Part shown: one piece after another, positions 34,901 through 46,274 of the stretch
Position numbering within the stretch: position 1 is the first letter of the stretch
Layout of the letters: each line of letters opens with the position of its first letter
From: Mercenaria mercenaria
Taxonomy: Eukaryota
Length of the DNA stretch: 64,000 nt
Direction of reading: 5' to 3'
Assembly (NCBI RefSeq): GCF_021730395.1
Contig: NC_069372.1
Coordinates: forward strand, 62,847,754 to 62,911,753
The notes under the pieces: generated by a model
Told to the model about the DNA's origin: nothing
Seen by the model: only the letters and a program-made list of their open reading frames with translations
The model's database searches: none
Made by a program: the position numbers and the translations under genes

Positions 34901-37900
34901 TACGAGGTGCCAGGATTACTGTAGGTGATATTGTGTGAGGTGTCAAGGTTGCTCTAGGTGGTGTAATACGAGGTACCAGGATTGCTGTAGGTGATATTGT
35001 TTGAGGTGTCAATGTTGCTGTAGGTGGTGTATCACGAGGTGCCAGCATTGCTGTAAGTGATATTGTGTGAGGTGTCAAGGTTGCTGTAAGTGGTGTATTA
35101 CGAGGTGCCAGGATTGCTGTAGGTGATATTGTTTGAGGTGTCATGGTTGCAGTAGGTGATGTATTACGAGGTTCCAGGATTGCTGCAGGTAATATTGTTT
35201 GAGGTGTCAATGTTGCTGTAGGTGGTGTATTACGATGTGCCAGGATTGCTGTAGGTATTACTGTGTGAGGTGTCAAGGTTGCTGTATGTGGTGTATTACG
35301 AGGTGCCCGTATTGCTGTAGGTGTTATTGTGTGAGGTGTCAAGGTTGCTGTAGGTGGTGTATTACGAGGTGCCCGGATTGCTGTAGGTGATATTGTGTGA
35401 GGTGTCAAGGTTGCTCTTGGTGGTGTATTACGAGGTGCCAGGATTGCTGTAGGTGATATTGTGAGGTTTCAAGGTTGCTCTAGGTGGTGTATTACGAGGT
35501 GCTAGGATTGCTGTAGGTGATATTGTTTGAGGTGTCAAGGTTGCTGTATGTGGTGTATTACGAGGTGCCAGGATTGCTGTAGGTGATATTGTGTGAGGTG
35601 TCAAGGTTGCTCTAGGTTGTGTATTACGAGGTGCCAGGATTGCTGTAGGTGATATTGTGTGAGGTGTCAAGGTTGCTGCAGGTGGTGTATTACGAGGTGC
35701 CCGGATTGCTGTAAGTGATATTGTGTGAGGTGTCAAGGTTGCTCCAGGTGGTGTATTACGAGGTGCCAGGATTGCTGTAGGTGATATTGTTTGAGGTGTC
35801 AAGGTTGCTGTAGGTGGTGTATTACGAGGTGCCGGATTGCTGAAGGTGATACTGTGTGGAGTGTCAAGGTTGCTCTAGGTGGTGTATTACGAGGTGCGAG
35901 GATTGCTGTAGGTGATATTGTTTGAGGTGTCAAGGTTGCTGTAGGTGGTGTATTACGAGGTGCCCGGATTGCTGTAGGTGATATTTTGTGAGGTGTCAAG
36001 GTTGTTGTAGGTGGTGTATTAGGAGGTGCCAGGATTGCTGTAGGTGATATTGTTTGAGGTGTCAAGGTTGCTGTAGGTGGTGTATTACGAGGTGCCAGGA
36101 TTGCTGTAGGTGATATTGTGTGAGGTGTCAAGGTTGCTGTAAGTGGTGTATTACGAGGTGCCAGGATTGCTGTAGGTGATATTGTTTGAGGTGTCGAGGT
36201 TGCTGTAGGTGGTGTATTACGAGGTACCGGGATTGCTGTAGGTGATATTGTGTGAGGTGTCAAGGTTGCTGTAAGTGGTGTATTACGAGGTGCCAGGATT
36301 GCTGTAGGTGATATTGTGTGAGGTGTCAAGGTTGCTGTAGGTGTTGTATTACCAGGTGCCAGGATTGCTGTAGGTGATATTGTGTGAGGTGTCAAGGTTG
36401 CTGTAGGTGGTGTATTACGACGTGCTAGGATTGCTGTAGGTGATATTGTTTGAGGTTTCAAGGTTGCTGTAAGTTGTGTATTACGAGGTGCCAGGATTGC
36501 TGTAGGTGATATTTTGTGAGGTGTCAAGGTTGTTGTAGTTGATGTATTACGAGGTTCCAGGATTGCTGTAGGTGATATTGTTTGAGGTGTCAAGGTTGCT
36601 GTAGGTGGTGTATTACGAGGTGCCAGGATTGCTGTAGGTGATATTGTGTGAGGTGTCAAGGTTGCTGTAGGTGGTGTATTACGAGGTGCCAGGATTGCTG
36701 TAGGTGATATTGTTTGAGGTGTCAAGGTTGCTGTAGGTGGTGTATTACGAGGTGCCAGGATTGCTGTAGGTGATATTGTGTGAGGTGTCAAGGTTGCTGT
36801 AGGTGGTGTATTACGAGGTGCCAGGATTGCTGTAGGTGATATTGTGTGAGGTGTCAAGGTTGCTGTAGGTGGTGTATTACGAGGAGCCTTGATTGCTGTA
36901 GGTGATATTGTGTGAGGTGTCAAGGTTGCTGTAGGTGGTGTATTACGAGGTGCCAGAATTGCTGTAGGTGATATTGTTTGAGGTGTCAGGGTTGCTGTAG
37001 GTGGTGTATTACGAGGTGCCAGGATTGCTGCAGGTGATATTGTGTGAGGTGTCAATGTTGCTGTAGGTGATGTATAACGAGGTGCCGGGATTGCTGTAGG
37101 TGATATTGTGTGAGGTGTCAAGGTTGCTGTAGGTGGTGTATTACGAGGTACCGGGATTGCTGTGGGTGATATTGTGTGAGGTGTCAAGGTTGCTGTAGGT
37201 GGTGTAATACGAGGTACCAGGATTGCTGTAGGTGATATTGTTTGAGGTGTCAATGTTGCTGTAGGTGGTGTATCACGAGGTGCCAGCATTGCTGTAAGTG
37301 ATATTGTGTGAGGTGTCAAGGTTGCTGTAAGTGGTGTATTACGAGGTGCCAGGATTGCTGTAGGTGATATTGTTTGAGGTGTCATGGTTGCAGTAGGTGA
37401 TGTATTACGAGGTGCTAGGATTGCTATAGGTGATATTGTGTGAGGTGTCAAGGTTGCTATAGGTGATGTATTACGAGGTGCTAGGATTGCTGTAGGTGAT
37501 ATTGTGTGAGGTGTCAAGGTTGCTGTAGGTGGTGTATTACGATGTGCCAGGATTGCTGTAGGTGATATTGTTTGAGGTGTCAAGGTTGCTGTAGGTGGTG
37601 TCTTACGAGGTGCCAGGATTGCTGTAGGTGATATTGTGTGAGGTGTCAAGGTTGCTGTAGGTGGTGTATTACGAGGTGCTAGGATTACTGTAGGTGATAT
37701 TGTGTGAGGTGTCAAGGTTGCTGTAGGTGGTGTATTACGAGGTGCCAGGATTGCTGAAGGTGATATTGTTTGAGGTGTCAAGGTTGCTGTAGGTGGTGTA
37801 TTACGAGGTGCCAGGATTGCTGTAGGTGATATTGTGTGAGGTGTCAATGTTGCTGTAGGTGGTGTATTACGAGGTGCCATTATCTGAGTTACCGGGATCT

Positions 37901-38180
37901 CTGTAGGTATACTAGGTACCCTGGTTGATATGCGTGGTGGTGTACAAAGTGGTAGGGTTGCTGTAGGTGATGAAGTACGAAGTGCCGGGATTGCTGTAGG
38001 TGATATTTTTTGAGTTGCCGGGATTTCTATAAGTGGTGGTAAACGAAATGCATGGGTTGCTGTAAGTTAATGTATACGAAGTCCCGTGGTTGCTGTGCGT
38101 GTTGGTTCACGAAGTTGAGGGTTACTGTAGGTGATGATGTATGTGGTGCCGAGGTTGTTGTAGCTAGTGGTGCTATACGA
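28925..38180 (-). repeat. ~9.2-kb tandem array of 66-bp units (33-bp half-units). The minus strand reads as T/P-rich 22-aa repeats TPQTISPTAILAPRNTPPTATL (mucin/PTS-like)
   Basis: Unit ggtgtcaaggttgctgtaggtggtgtattacgaggtgccaggattgctgtaggtgatattgtKtga is repeated ~140 times. Minus-strand ORFs of 120-693 aa are interrupted about every 0.3-2 kb by frame breaks. Confidence 0.9.
35799..37880 (-). CDS. Longest uninterrupted reading frame of the repeat array (693 aa of TP-rich 22-aa repeats): putative mucin-like repeat exon or coding-competent satellite
   Basis: Stop-free for 2.08 kb in one frame only. Periodicity in multiples of 3 is maintained. No start or end context was identified. Confidence 0.3.
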   Translation of the reverse strand: MAPRNTPPTATLTPHTISPTAILAPRNTPPTATLTPQTISPSAILAPRNTPPTATLTPHTISPTVILAPRNTPPTATLTPHTISPTAILAPRKTPPTATLTPQTISPTAILAHRNTPPTATLTPHTISPTAILAPRNTSPIATLTPHTISPIAILAPRNTSPTATMTPQTISPTAILAPRNTPLTATLTPHTISLTAMLAPRDTPPTATLTPQTISPTAILVPRITPPTATLTPHTISPTAIPVPRNTPPTATLTPHTISPTAIPAPRYTSPTATLTPHTISPAAILAPRNTPPTATLTPQTISPTAILAPRNTPPTATLTPHTISPTAIKAPRNTPPTATLTPHTISPTAILAPRNTPPTATLTPHTISPTAILAPRNTPPTATLTPQTISPTAILAPRNTPPTATLTPHTISPTAILAPRNTPPTATLTPQTISPTAILEPRNTSTTTTLTPHKISPTAILAPRNTQLTATLKPQTISPTAILARRNTPPTATLTPHTISPTAILAPGNTTPTATLTPHTISPTAILAPRNTPLTATLTPHTISPTAIPVPRNTPPTATSTPQTISPTAILAPRNTPLTATLTPHTISPTAILAPRNTPPTATLTPQTISPTAILAPPNTPPTTTLTPHKISPTAIRAPRNTPPTATLTPQTISPTAILAPRNTPPRATLTLHTVSPSAIRHLVIHHLQQP

Positions 38181-38189
38181 GATGCTTTG

Positions 38190-39110
38190 TTGCTCTAGGT
38201 AGTGGTTTTCGAGAGGCCAGAGTTGCTGTAGGTAGTGGTGTACGAGATGCCGGAGTTGCTGTAGGTAGTGGTGTACGAGATGCCAGGGTTGCTATAGGTA
38301 GTGGTGTACGAGATGCCAGGGTTGCTGTCGGTAGCGGTTTTCGAGAGGCCAGAGTTGCTGTAGGTAGTGGTGTGCGAGATGCAGGGGTTGCTGTAGGTAG
38401 TAGTGTGCGAGATGCAGGGGTTGCTGTAGGTAGTGGTGTACGAGATGCAGGGGTTGCTGTAGGTAGTGGTGTACGAGATGCAGGGGTTGCTGTAGGTAGT
38501 GGTGTGCGAGATGCAGGGGTTGCTGTAGGTAGTGGTGTGCGAGATGCAGGGGTTGCTGTAGGTAGTGGTGTGCGAGATGCAGGGGTTGCTGTAGGTAGTG
38601 GTGTGCGAGATGCAGGTGTTGCTGTAGGTAGTGGTGTGCGAAATGCAGGGGTTGCTGTAGGTAGTGGTGTGCGAGATGAAGGGGTTGCTGTAGGCAGTGG
38701 TGTGCGAGATGCAGGGGTTGCTGTAGGTAGTGGTGCGCGAAGTGCCAGAGTTGCTGAAGGTAGCGATGTGCGAGGTGCAGGGGTTGCTGTGGGTGTTGAT
38801 GCTAGTTGCCAGGGTTGCAGTAAGTGGTGGTATACAAGGTTCTAGGTTGCTATGGGTGATATTGTGCGTGATGCGGGGGTTTCTGCAGGAGGTTCGGTAC
38901 GAGGTGCCGGGGTTGCTGTATGTGGTACGAGGTGCCGTGTTTCTGTGAGTGGTGGTGTGCGAAGCGCCGGGGTTGCTGTACGTTATGGTGTACAAGGTCT
39001 CGGGGTTGCTGTAGGTTGTGGTGTACGAGGTTCCAAGGCTGCTTTAGGTGGTTGCTTGTGAGGTGCCAGGGTTGCTGTAGGTGGTGGCGAACGATCTGTT
39101 TGCTTGAATT
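38190..39110 (-). repeat. 33-bp tandem repeat variant (ggtagtggtgtRcgagatgcaggggttgctgta). Minus strand reads [11 protein letters not shown] x ~25
   Basis: Direct continuation of the 66-bp array with a changed unit. The 266-aa minus ORF 38195..38995 is made of 11-aa repeats. Confidence 0.85.
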
Positions 39111-39640
39111 GGCTGTGAAAAGTCTCCCCGTACTTGTATTCAGTGTTGTTATATTTTCTGGTCCTTTGGGATCATGAAGTCCATTCAATACATGTGTAAC
39201 AGAGATCCGCTTAAGCCGGTGCTAGGGGGTGTGAGAGGTGTTGCACATTCCATTACCTCTCATGAACAGATCCAATCAAACCGAGTGAGCTATTATTTTG
39301 CTTGGTTGCATTCTATGCTTCCAAAGGATCTTTTTACAGATTTTATTAACTATCACAACAGCAATCTTTAAGTGCAGTGTGGCGGCTGTAAAAGGTCTCC
39401 CCGTACTTGGATTCAGTGTTGTTCTGTTTTCTGGTCCTTTGGGATCATGGTATCCATTCAATAAATGCGTATAGAGGTCCGCTTAAACCGATGCTAGGGG
39501 GCGTGAGAGGTGATGCACATTTCATTACCTCTCATGTACAGACCCAATCAAACCGAGTGTGCTATTAAAATGTTTGGTTGCATTCTATGCTTCCAAAGGA
39601 TCTTTTTACAAATTTTATTAACGTCGCACCGACAAAAGTT
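39100..39640 (+). repeat. Tandem duplication of a ~270-bp unit (39100..39370 and 39370..39640) distal to the array
   Basis: Both copies contain gtctccccgtacttg.attcagtgttgtt…ggatcatg…tccattcaata…ttcattacctctcatg…caaaccgagtg.gctatta. Confidence 0.5.
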
Positions 39641-39690
39641 TAATACATGTGGTGACTTTCCAGCTTTGAAGACCTCAGGTACGGGGAATT
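39615..39690 (-). mobile_element. Truncated 3' portion of family-B SINE
   Basis: ttaacgtcgcaccgacaaaagtttaatacatgtggtgactttccagctttgaagacc matches the SINE tail region at 21245..21320. Confidence 0.4.
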
Positions 39691-40249
39691 GTGTTGTCAA
39701 TAACTAGCAATGATGAAATAAAAGTTACTTATTAAATGCACTGAAAATAAGCCTTAGAGAAATTTTCTCTGGATCTCTTGTGCACATATATCAATATATA
39801 TTAAGGCCCTTTGTGTGAATTCAGATCATCAGTAAAAACATACGACTGCCACCGTTTTTGCTTTTGTTTCCATTACACTTATAACCGTTTACGTGTTTGC
39901 AGGGTTATAATTTAAATACGCAAACTGATAAAAGAAGGCAGCAGAAATTAATATGTAGGCTTCGCCCATATATTAAAGAATTTCCTTGTTTTCCCTTAAT
40001 TCATGCATGCAATTTTATAACTTTTCTGCGCGAATTTATCAGTCGAACTGCGATTTGTTGCTATTCTAACATGCAGAAATCATCATTGATTATGTTCATT
40101 TAATTTTGAAGATAGGATGACCAATTATGTGTACTGCTCTCCCAAATGATGTGATAAATTGTGGGAAGTTTAAATAACGTCGGAATAGGCGGGACCCTAA
40201 TTATAAACTTGTCCGTATGTTTTACTGATGACCTAAATACACACAAAGG

Positions 40250-40680
40250 GCCTGAATATATATAGATAAGATGTCGTGCGCTCGAGATAAGATGTTGATC
40301 GCTCGAGATTAGATGTCGTGCGCATGAGATAAGATGTTGATCGCTCGAGATAAGATATCGTGCGCACGAGATAAGATGTTGATCGCTCAAGATAAGATGT
40401 CCTGCGCACGAGATAAGATGTTGATCGCTCGAGATAAGATGTCGATCGCTCGAGATAAGATGTCGTGCGCACGAGATAAGATGTTGATCGCTCGAGATAA
40501 GGTGTCGTGCGTACGAGATAAGATGTTGATCGCTCTAAATAAGATGTCGTGCGCACGAGATAAGATGTCGAGCGCACGAGATAAGATGTAGAGCGCACGA
40601 GATAATATGTCGAGCGCACGAGATAAGATGTCGAGCGCTCGAGATAAGATGTCGTGCGCACGAGATAATTTAATCTAAAA
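40250..40680. repeat. 22-bp minisatellite (CGAGATAAGATGTYGWKCGCWC)n, ~20 copies
   Basis: Read directly. ORFs 40233..40694(-) and 40334..40591(+) are repeat artefacts. Confidence 0.8.
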
Positions 40681-41699
40681 AAAAATAATTGCATGTCCTA
40701 AACATACCACTGTAGATATATATATATATAAATTTGTAAGATATAAACCCATCTAAATAACCCGTTAAGAAATAAATCCCGATTTAGTATACTTTGGTTA
40801 TAAAACACATTTACGTGCTTTTAGTGTCTGGGGTTCTGTCCGTATTTCAAACATGCCCATGTATTTCGTACCTAAATGGAAATTACTAAACCGCTATTAA
40901 TATAATACATTTACAGTTTTGTTTTGTCTTTCATAGGAGAAATATCCAGTAAAATGCACGTATCAAAAGAAACTGACGACGTGACGACTCTGTAACAATC
41001 GTACATCCGAACATTGTGATCCCTGGAGTCCCGTTTTTAAAAAGACAACTAAAGTAGAGGGCTTCGAAAGAACTATTCATTTCATTTCATCTAATGCAAT
41101 CGTTTTAGAGTATAAAGTGGTGTAGCAAAATGCTTATGCCCACCTTACATGTGCTGCCAGTATCTTTCAGTTTGATTTTAAATAGGATTTTTACCTGTGC
41201 AAGAGATTTCTCGACGACTTTCCGTTAGACCAAAATACTTTGAGGTATTAGCGACTTCAAGTTTACTTCCGCATTTACAAAAAAACTACAATTCAATCTG
41301 ACTAAAGTACTTGATCTTCTAAACGAAGATCTGAGGATGACCCATTCACATTCATCTTTCTGTATATTTGGATTTCCGATATTGCTATTTTTATTTTCGC
41401 AAATCTATTTTTATTTGAAACAATCAGACGACTCGTTTCAACAAGCATTTGGCTGAACCATCTGACATCTTGTCACCGGGATAAGCACTGTTCAGTACGC
41501 ATGCACAGGGAGACAGGTCTAGCGTTTTATCTACCCTTCTGTGATATTAATCTATTAATTTCAATTCGATATATGCCTAAAAACACAGGTGATAGACAAA
41601 AGAGCTCTAGTGAAGTAAAAAGAAAACTGTCATAGCCGTAAAAGCGCTCATGATAGACAATAGTACCCCCTTGATATAGTAATTATAACCCTGCTGATA

Positions 41700-42140
41700 G
41701 TCTTTGGGAAAGAACCCTGTTGATTGCCAGGTATTATAAAACCGGAGATAGCACTAAGAAACCCGGTGTTAGAGATGAGAACCCCGTTGATAGCAGTAAG
41801 AACCCCGGTGATAGGCATTAGAATCAACCACGGTGATAGCAGTAAGAACTCGGGTGATAGCAGTAAGAACCCTAGTGATAGGCATCAGAAGCCCAGGGAA
41901 AGCAGTAAAGAACCCGGTGATAGCAGTAAGAACCCCGGTGACAGCAGTAAGAATCCTGATGATAGACATTAGAAGCCCAGTGAAAGCAGTAAGAACCCCG
42001 GTGATAGCAGGAAGAACCCGGGTGATAGCAGTAAGAACACCGGTGATAGGCATTAGAACCCTGAATATATTCATTGGACTCCCGGTGATTGACATTACAA
42101 CCCCTGTTATAGCAGAAAGAACCCACCTTGATAGACATTA
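41700..42140. repeat. 21-bp minisatellite (AGCAGTAAGAACCCCGGTGAT-like)n
   Basis: ~20 imperfect units. Overlapping ORFs on both strands are repeat artefacts. Confidence 0.7.
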
Positions 42141-42493
42141 GAACCCTGCTGATTGTATTCGTCATTGTGGTCGTCATAAGAATTATAAACACGAAAACCC
42201 CAGGCTAAATATAGATTTTTTAAACTTCTACTTTCACTTTCAAAATGTTGAAAGCAAGGCTCTGATTGGTTAGCGGAAGGGTTGTCAGAACGAGTCTATC
42301 AATAGCACGTCTTCAGATCCACTGGTGATGTACTTTAGTCAGATTGACTACAATGGAACAAAATAAATCAACAAATAACAGGCTAAACATATTTAATGAT
42401 GGTTTATAAGAACATTATAACTGAATAATATCAGTCGAAACTTTTTGTTGATACTAGTAAATATTTCTGAGCTAGAAAACTTTGCCTTGAGTT

Positions 42494-43847
42494 CACGGCT
42501 ACTAAACGCTAGCGCCACCACCAAATTGTGGTGATAAGGAAAAGAGCTATCGACATTTCCGTGGTGCAGCTATCGGCCGTTTCTACTTGTAAACACGTGA
42601 GAAAATTTAAATTTTATCTTATATTTTTATTGATAGAACTTTTTTCGAAAATCGGAGAATGTAGTTCCGTGTAATAACACTTTTACTACAGGTTGGCTGT
42701 AATTTCATTAAAATAATATGCAAATTGTGGTGTCAGGAGCTTTTCTCCCGAATCTGACAAAGGCATATTTTCATATCGGCCAGTATTCGAACACCATTCC
42801 AATGAATAGACACACTGTAATAACATACCTGCGCATGCAAATGGTGTAGAAATGAATTGCACTTATCCCCACACACCAAAGAATTACGAAAAAACACAGT
42901 AAAAAGTTAAAACACGACCATTTTAGAAAGTGGTGGTGCTATCACTCAAGAGGTGGCGCTATATAGTAGTGGTGGCGCTGTTGTATATGATTAGTGGCTC
43001 ATATATTCAATTTTGATATATGAAAATGTCTGTCTGCAAGCCACGGAATTTTTTACAATAATCGATGCTATCAACCTTTCCCACGCTATACCCAAATTAC
43101 GTTACTCAACAAACTACATGTAGTATTAACCTCTACATGATCGCAAAATAATCTACATGTATATGGATTCAGATTGTACATCTAAGCTCTATTGATTAAT
43201 CATATTTAATCGATTGGAATTGAAAATGTACTGTACTCATTTTTCACAAAGAATTGTTCTTTCATTAATAACATAATCCTTGCAAGAAAATTATCAATTA
43301 GAGAATATTGGTGTTTGTTTTGGTACGGATGCGTCAGCAGTTCGTATTATTGAATGCCGTAACAGCGCCACCACTACTGTATAGCGCCGCCACTAGAGTT
43401 ATAGCGCCACCACTTTCAAAAACCCTGGTATATTTCTTCTAACTCTAATTCTATTATTCATGGTGTGTGCGTATATAATCATTTATCATTTCCACACCAT
43501 TTGCATGCGCAGGTATGTTCTTACAGTGTGTCTATTCATCAGAATGGTGTTCGAATACTGGCCGATATGAAAATGTGCCACTGTCAGATTCGGGAGAAAA
43601 GCTCCTGACACCACAATTTGCATATTATTTTAACGAAATTACAGCCAACCTGTAGTAAAAGTGTTGTTACACGGAACTACATTCTCCGATTTTCGAAAAA
43701 ATTCTATCAATAAAAATATAAAATAAAATATAAATTTTACTCACGTGTTTACAAATAGAAACGGGCGATAGCTGCACCACGGAAATGTTGATAGCTCTTT
43801 TCCTTATCACCACAATTTGGTGGTGGCGCTAGCGTTTAGTAGCCGTG
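42494..43847. mobile_element. Foldback-type element / long inverted repeat (two ~480-bp arms around a ~340-bp core)
   Basis: 42494..42975 is the reverse complement of 43365..43847 (for example cacggctactaaacgctagcgccaccacc vs ggtggtggcgctagcgtttagtagccgtg). The core has nested GGTGGCGCT inverted subrepeats. Confidence 0.65.
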
Positions 43848-44849
43848 GAGTTGCCTCGCTTAAACATTGCCTGGTTAGTAGATGAAGCAATTTTCGTCAA
43901 AAATTTGACGAAGTTATTATAATACTTAATAGCTTCTATTGGTTTCATCAGACAGTAATAACGCTGAAATGTTATTGGTTTGAAAACTAATTATTTTTAG
44001 AATTCACGGGGCAAGTGTGTCGTTAAACGAAAGCATTCTTTGTATTAGACATTATTGTTTGATTTTAATAGCTGGAAGTCAAAAATGAATACTTGTTTCT
44101 TTGTAGAAAGGAGCAGTAAATGCTCTATAAAATGGCTTAAATAGTTTCTGTAATATTTTGCTCTTTATGGAAGCAACAGAAGGTGCGTCAATTAATCGTT
44201 TGACAAATTTATATAATTTCAGATGGATAGACCGTCCTCATGTTCCCCTTTCACCTGGAATAGCCGGTGGTTACAAGCATATTGCTGTGTAATTCTCAAG
44301 GCCGGTGTAACAGAATGGGGTGACATTGTCCTTCTATAGCTTTCCCAAAAGATGACAAGCAGAAGAAGACATAGCTTAGCCGGATAAGACGTTATGCCAT
44401 TGACGACAATGAGAAGTCCATACCCTTCGTTATCAACACTCATTCACCGGTGTGCTCAGCCCATTTTGTTGGAGGCATAAAGCTTTTTAGACATAAATCA
44501 AGCGTATCTGCAATAATTAAAAATTGAATTGATAAAAAAGCAATGGCTTCATTGATGAAATGCATTGTTCAGTTTATCTCATGTTAAATTAAACTTAACA
44601 CCGTGGTTCGCTAAATACACGGTATATTGTACGTTCCATTACCGGTATTTCCTGTTGATTTTGTCAACATCCTGCATGGTAAGGTAAGAAAAATTTCTTA
44701 TTTTTATTGAAGTTCAACGCAACGTGTTTAAAGAAGTGATGTATTCAGTACGAGCGACAGATCATTCACGCTTCCCATGGTAATGTGGTTTTGGTCAGTA
44801 ATTCTCTAAATTCTTGAATCATTCGAGTTAACTATCGTGTGGAGTCGGG

Positions 44850-45950
44850 TTCGAACACTCTAGAGGCCACAGTTTTGACCCAATCTTTATGAAACTTAGT
44901 TGGAATGTTTGTGTTGATGATCTCTAGGCCAAGTTTGAATTTGGGTCATGTTGGGTCAAAAACTAGGTCACTAGGTCAAATCAAAGGAAAAGCTTGTGAA
45001 CACTCTAGAGGCCCAATTGTGATCCAATCTTTATGAAACTTGGTCAGAATGTTTGTCTTGATGATCTCTAAGTCAAGTTTGAATCTGGGTCATATGGGGT
45101 CAAAAACTAGGTCACTAGGTCAAATCAAATGAATTACTTATGAACCCTCTAGAGGCCACAGTTTTGACTCAATCTTTATGAAACTTGGTCAGAATGTTTG
45201 ACTTGATGATCTCTAGGTCAGTCTTGAAACTGGGTCATTTAGAATAAAAAAGTAGGTCACTAGGCTAGATCAAAGGAAAAGCTTGATAACACTCCAGAGG
45301 CCACGTTTATGATCCTATCTTCATGAAACTTGGTCAAAATGATGATCTTGATGATCTTTACCTCAAGCTCGAATCTGAATCATCTGGGGTCAAAATCTAG
45401 GTCAACTATTAAAATCTAAGAAAAACCTTGTGCATGCAATAGTGGCTGCATTTTTCATTTGATGTGCATGAAACTTGGACAATGTTTGTCTGCATGAAAT
45501 CTCGGATGAATTTTTATCTGGGTCACGTGGGGTCAAAAACTAGGTCACCATGTCAAATCAAAGAATAAGCTTGTTTACACCCTAAGGGGCACATTTTTAA
45601 TCTATCTTCATAAAACTTGGTCAGAATGTTTGTTATCATGAATTATTGTATGATTTTAAATATGGGTCACGTGGGGTCAAAAACTAGGTCACTAGGTCAA
45701 ATCAAAGGAAAAACTTATATACACTCTAGAGGCCACTTTTTTCTCCAATCTTCCCGAAACTTTGTCAGAATGTGTGTTTTCAAAATCTTCGAATCTGGGT
45801 CATGTGGGGTAAAAAAACCAGGTCACTAGGTCAAATCAAAGAAAATGCTTGTTTGCACTCAAGAGGCCAACGTTTTTGGTCCAATCTTAATGAAAATTGG
45901 TCAGAATATTTATCTCCATGAAATCACTAGGTAAAATAGGTTTACACTGT
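44850..45950. repeat. ~143-bp satellite, 8 tandem copies
   Basis: Recurring cactctagaggccac…caatctttatgaaacttggtcagaatgtttg…gatctctaggtcaagtttgaatctgggtcat…ggggtcaaaaactaggtcactaggtcaaatcaaagga. Confidence 0.8.
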
Positions 45951-46086
45951 TATGGTGTGTTACTCAGGTGAGCGCTCTAGGGCCATCTTGGCCCTCTTGT
46001 TTGACAGGAAGTGTGACCGGATTTGTTTTATTTGTTTTGACACCCCGCGGCTGGTATATCGGTGACAGTGACCACTCAATGAACAC

Positions 46087-46274
46087 AGGGGCCTCCTTGG
46101 CCGAGTGGTTAAGGTCGTTGACCCTTCACCGATAAGTGTTCGAGCCTCACTCGAGGCGTTGAATTCTCCGTGTGAGAAAGCCATTAAAATAATGCGCGTA
46201 AGGGCACCTTGGGTTTACCTCGAAAATTGCCATATGACATGAATTGTGTCGGTGCGATGTTTAACCCAACAAAA
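46087..46274 (+). mobile_element. tRNA-derived SINE (family B), internally shortened copy
   Basis: The head GGGGCCTCCTTGGCCGAGTGGTTAAGGTCGTTGACC and the tail …gtgtcggtgcgatgtttaacccaacaaaa match the nested copy at 21234..21506. Confidence 0.6.

Noticed and set aside
32564-35390. Identical 63-aa Cys-rich ORFs (MRCQCCCRWC…) on the plus strand at 32564, 34541 and 35199
   Set aside because: They are antisense to the periodic minus-strand frame of the 66-bp array. Their identity just reflects higher-order repeat blocks.
28925-39110. CRISPR-like array (regular ~66-bp repeats)
   Set aside because: There are no unique spacers because the whole unit repeats. The context is eukaryotic (LINE/SINE, tRNA with eukaryotic features). 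The repeats maintain a protein reading frame.
38372-39177. Plus-strand ORFs (157, 85, 72, 69 aa; '[11 protein letters not shown]' repeats)
   Set aside because: They are antisense read-through of the 33-bp repeat array.
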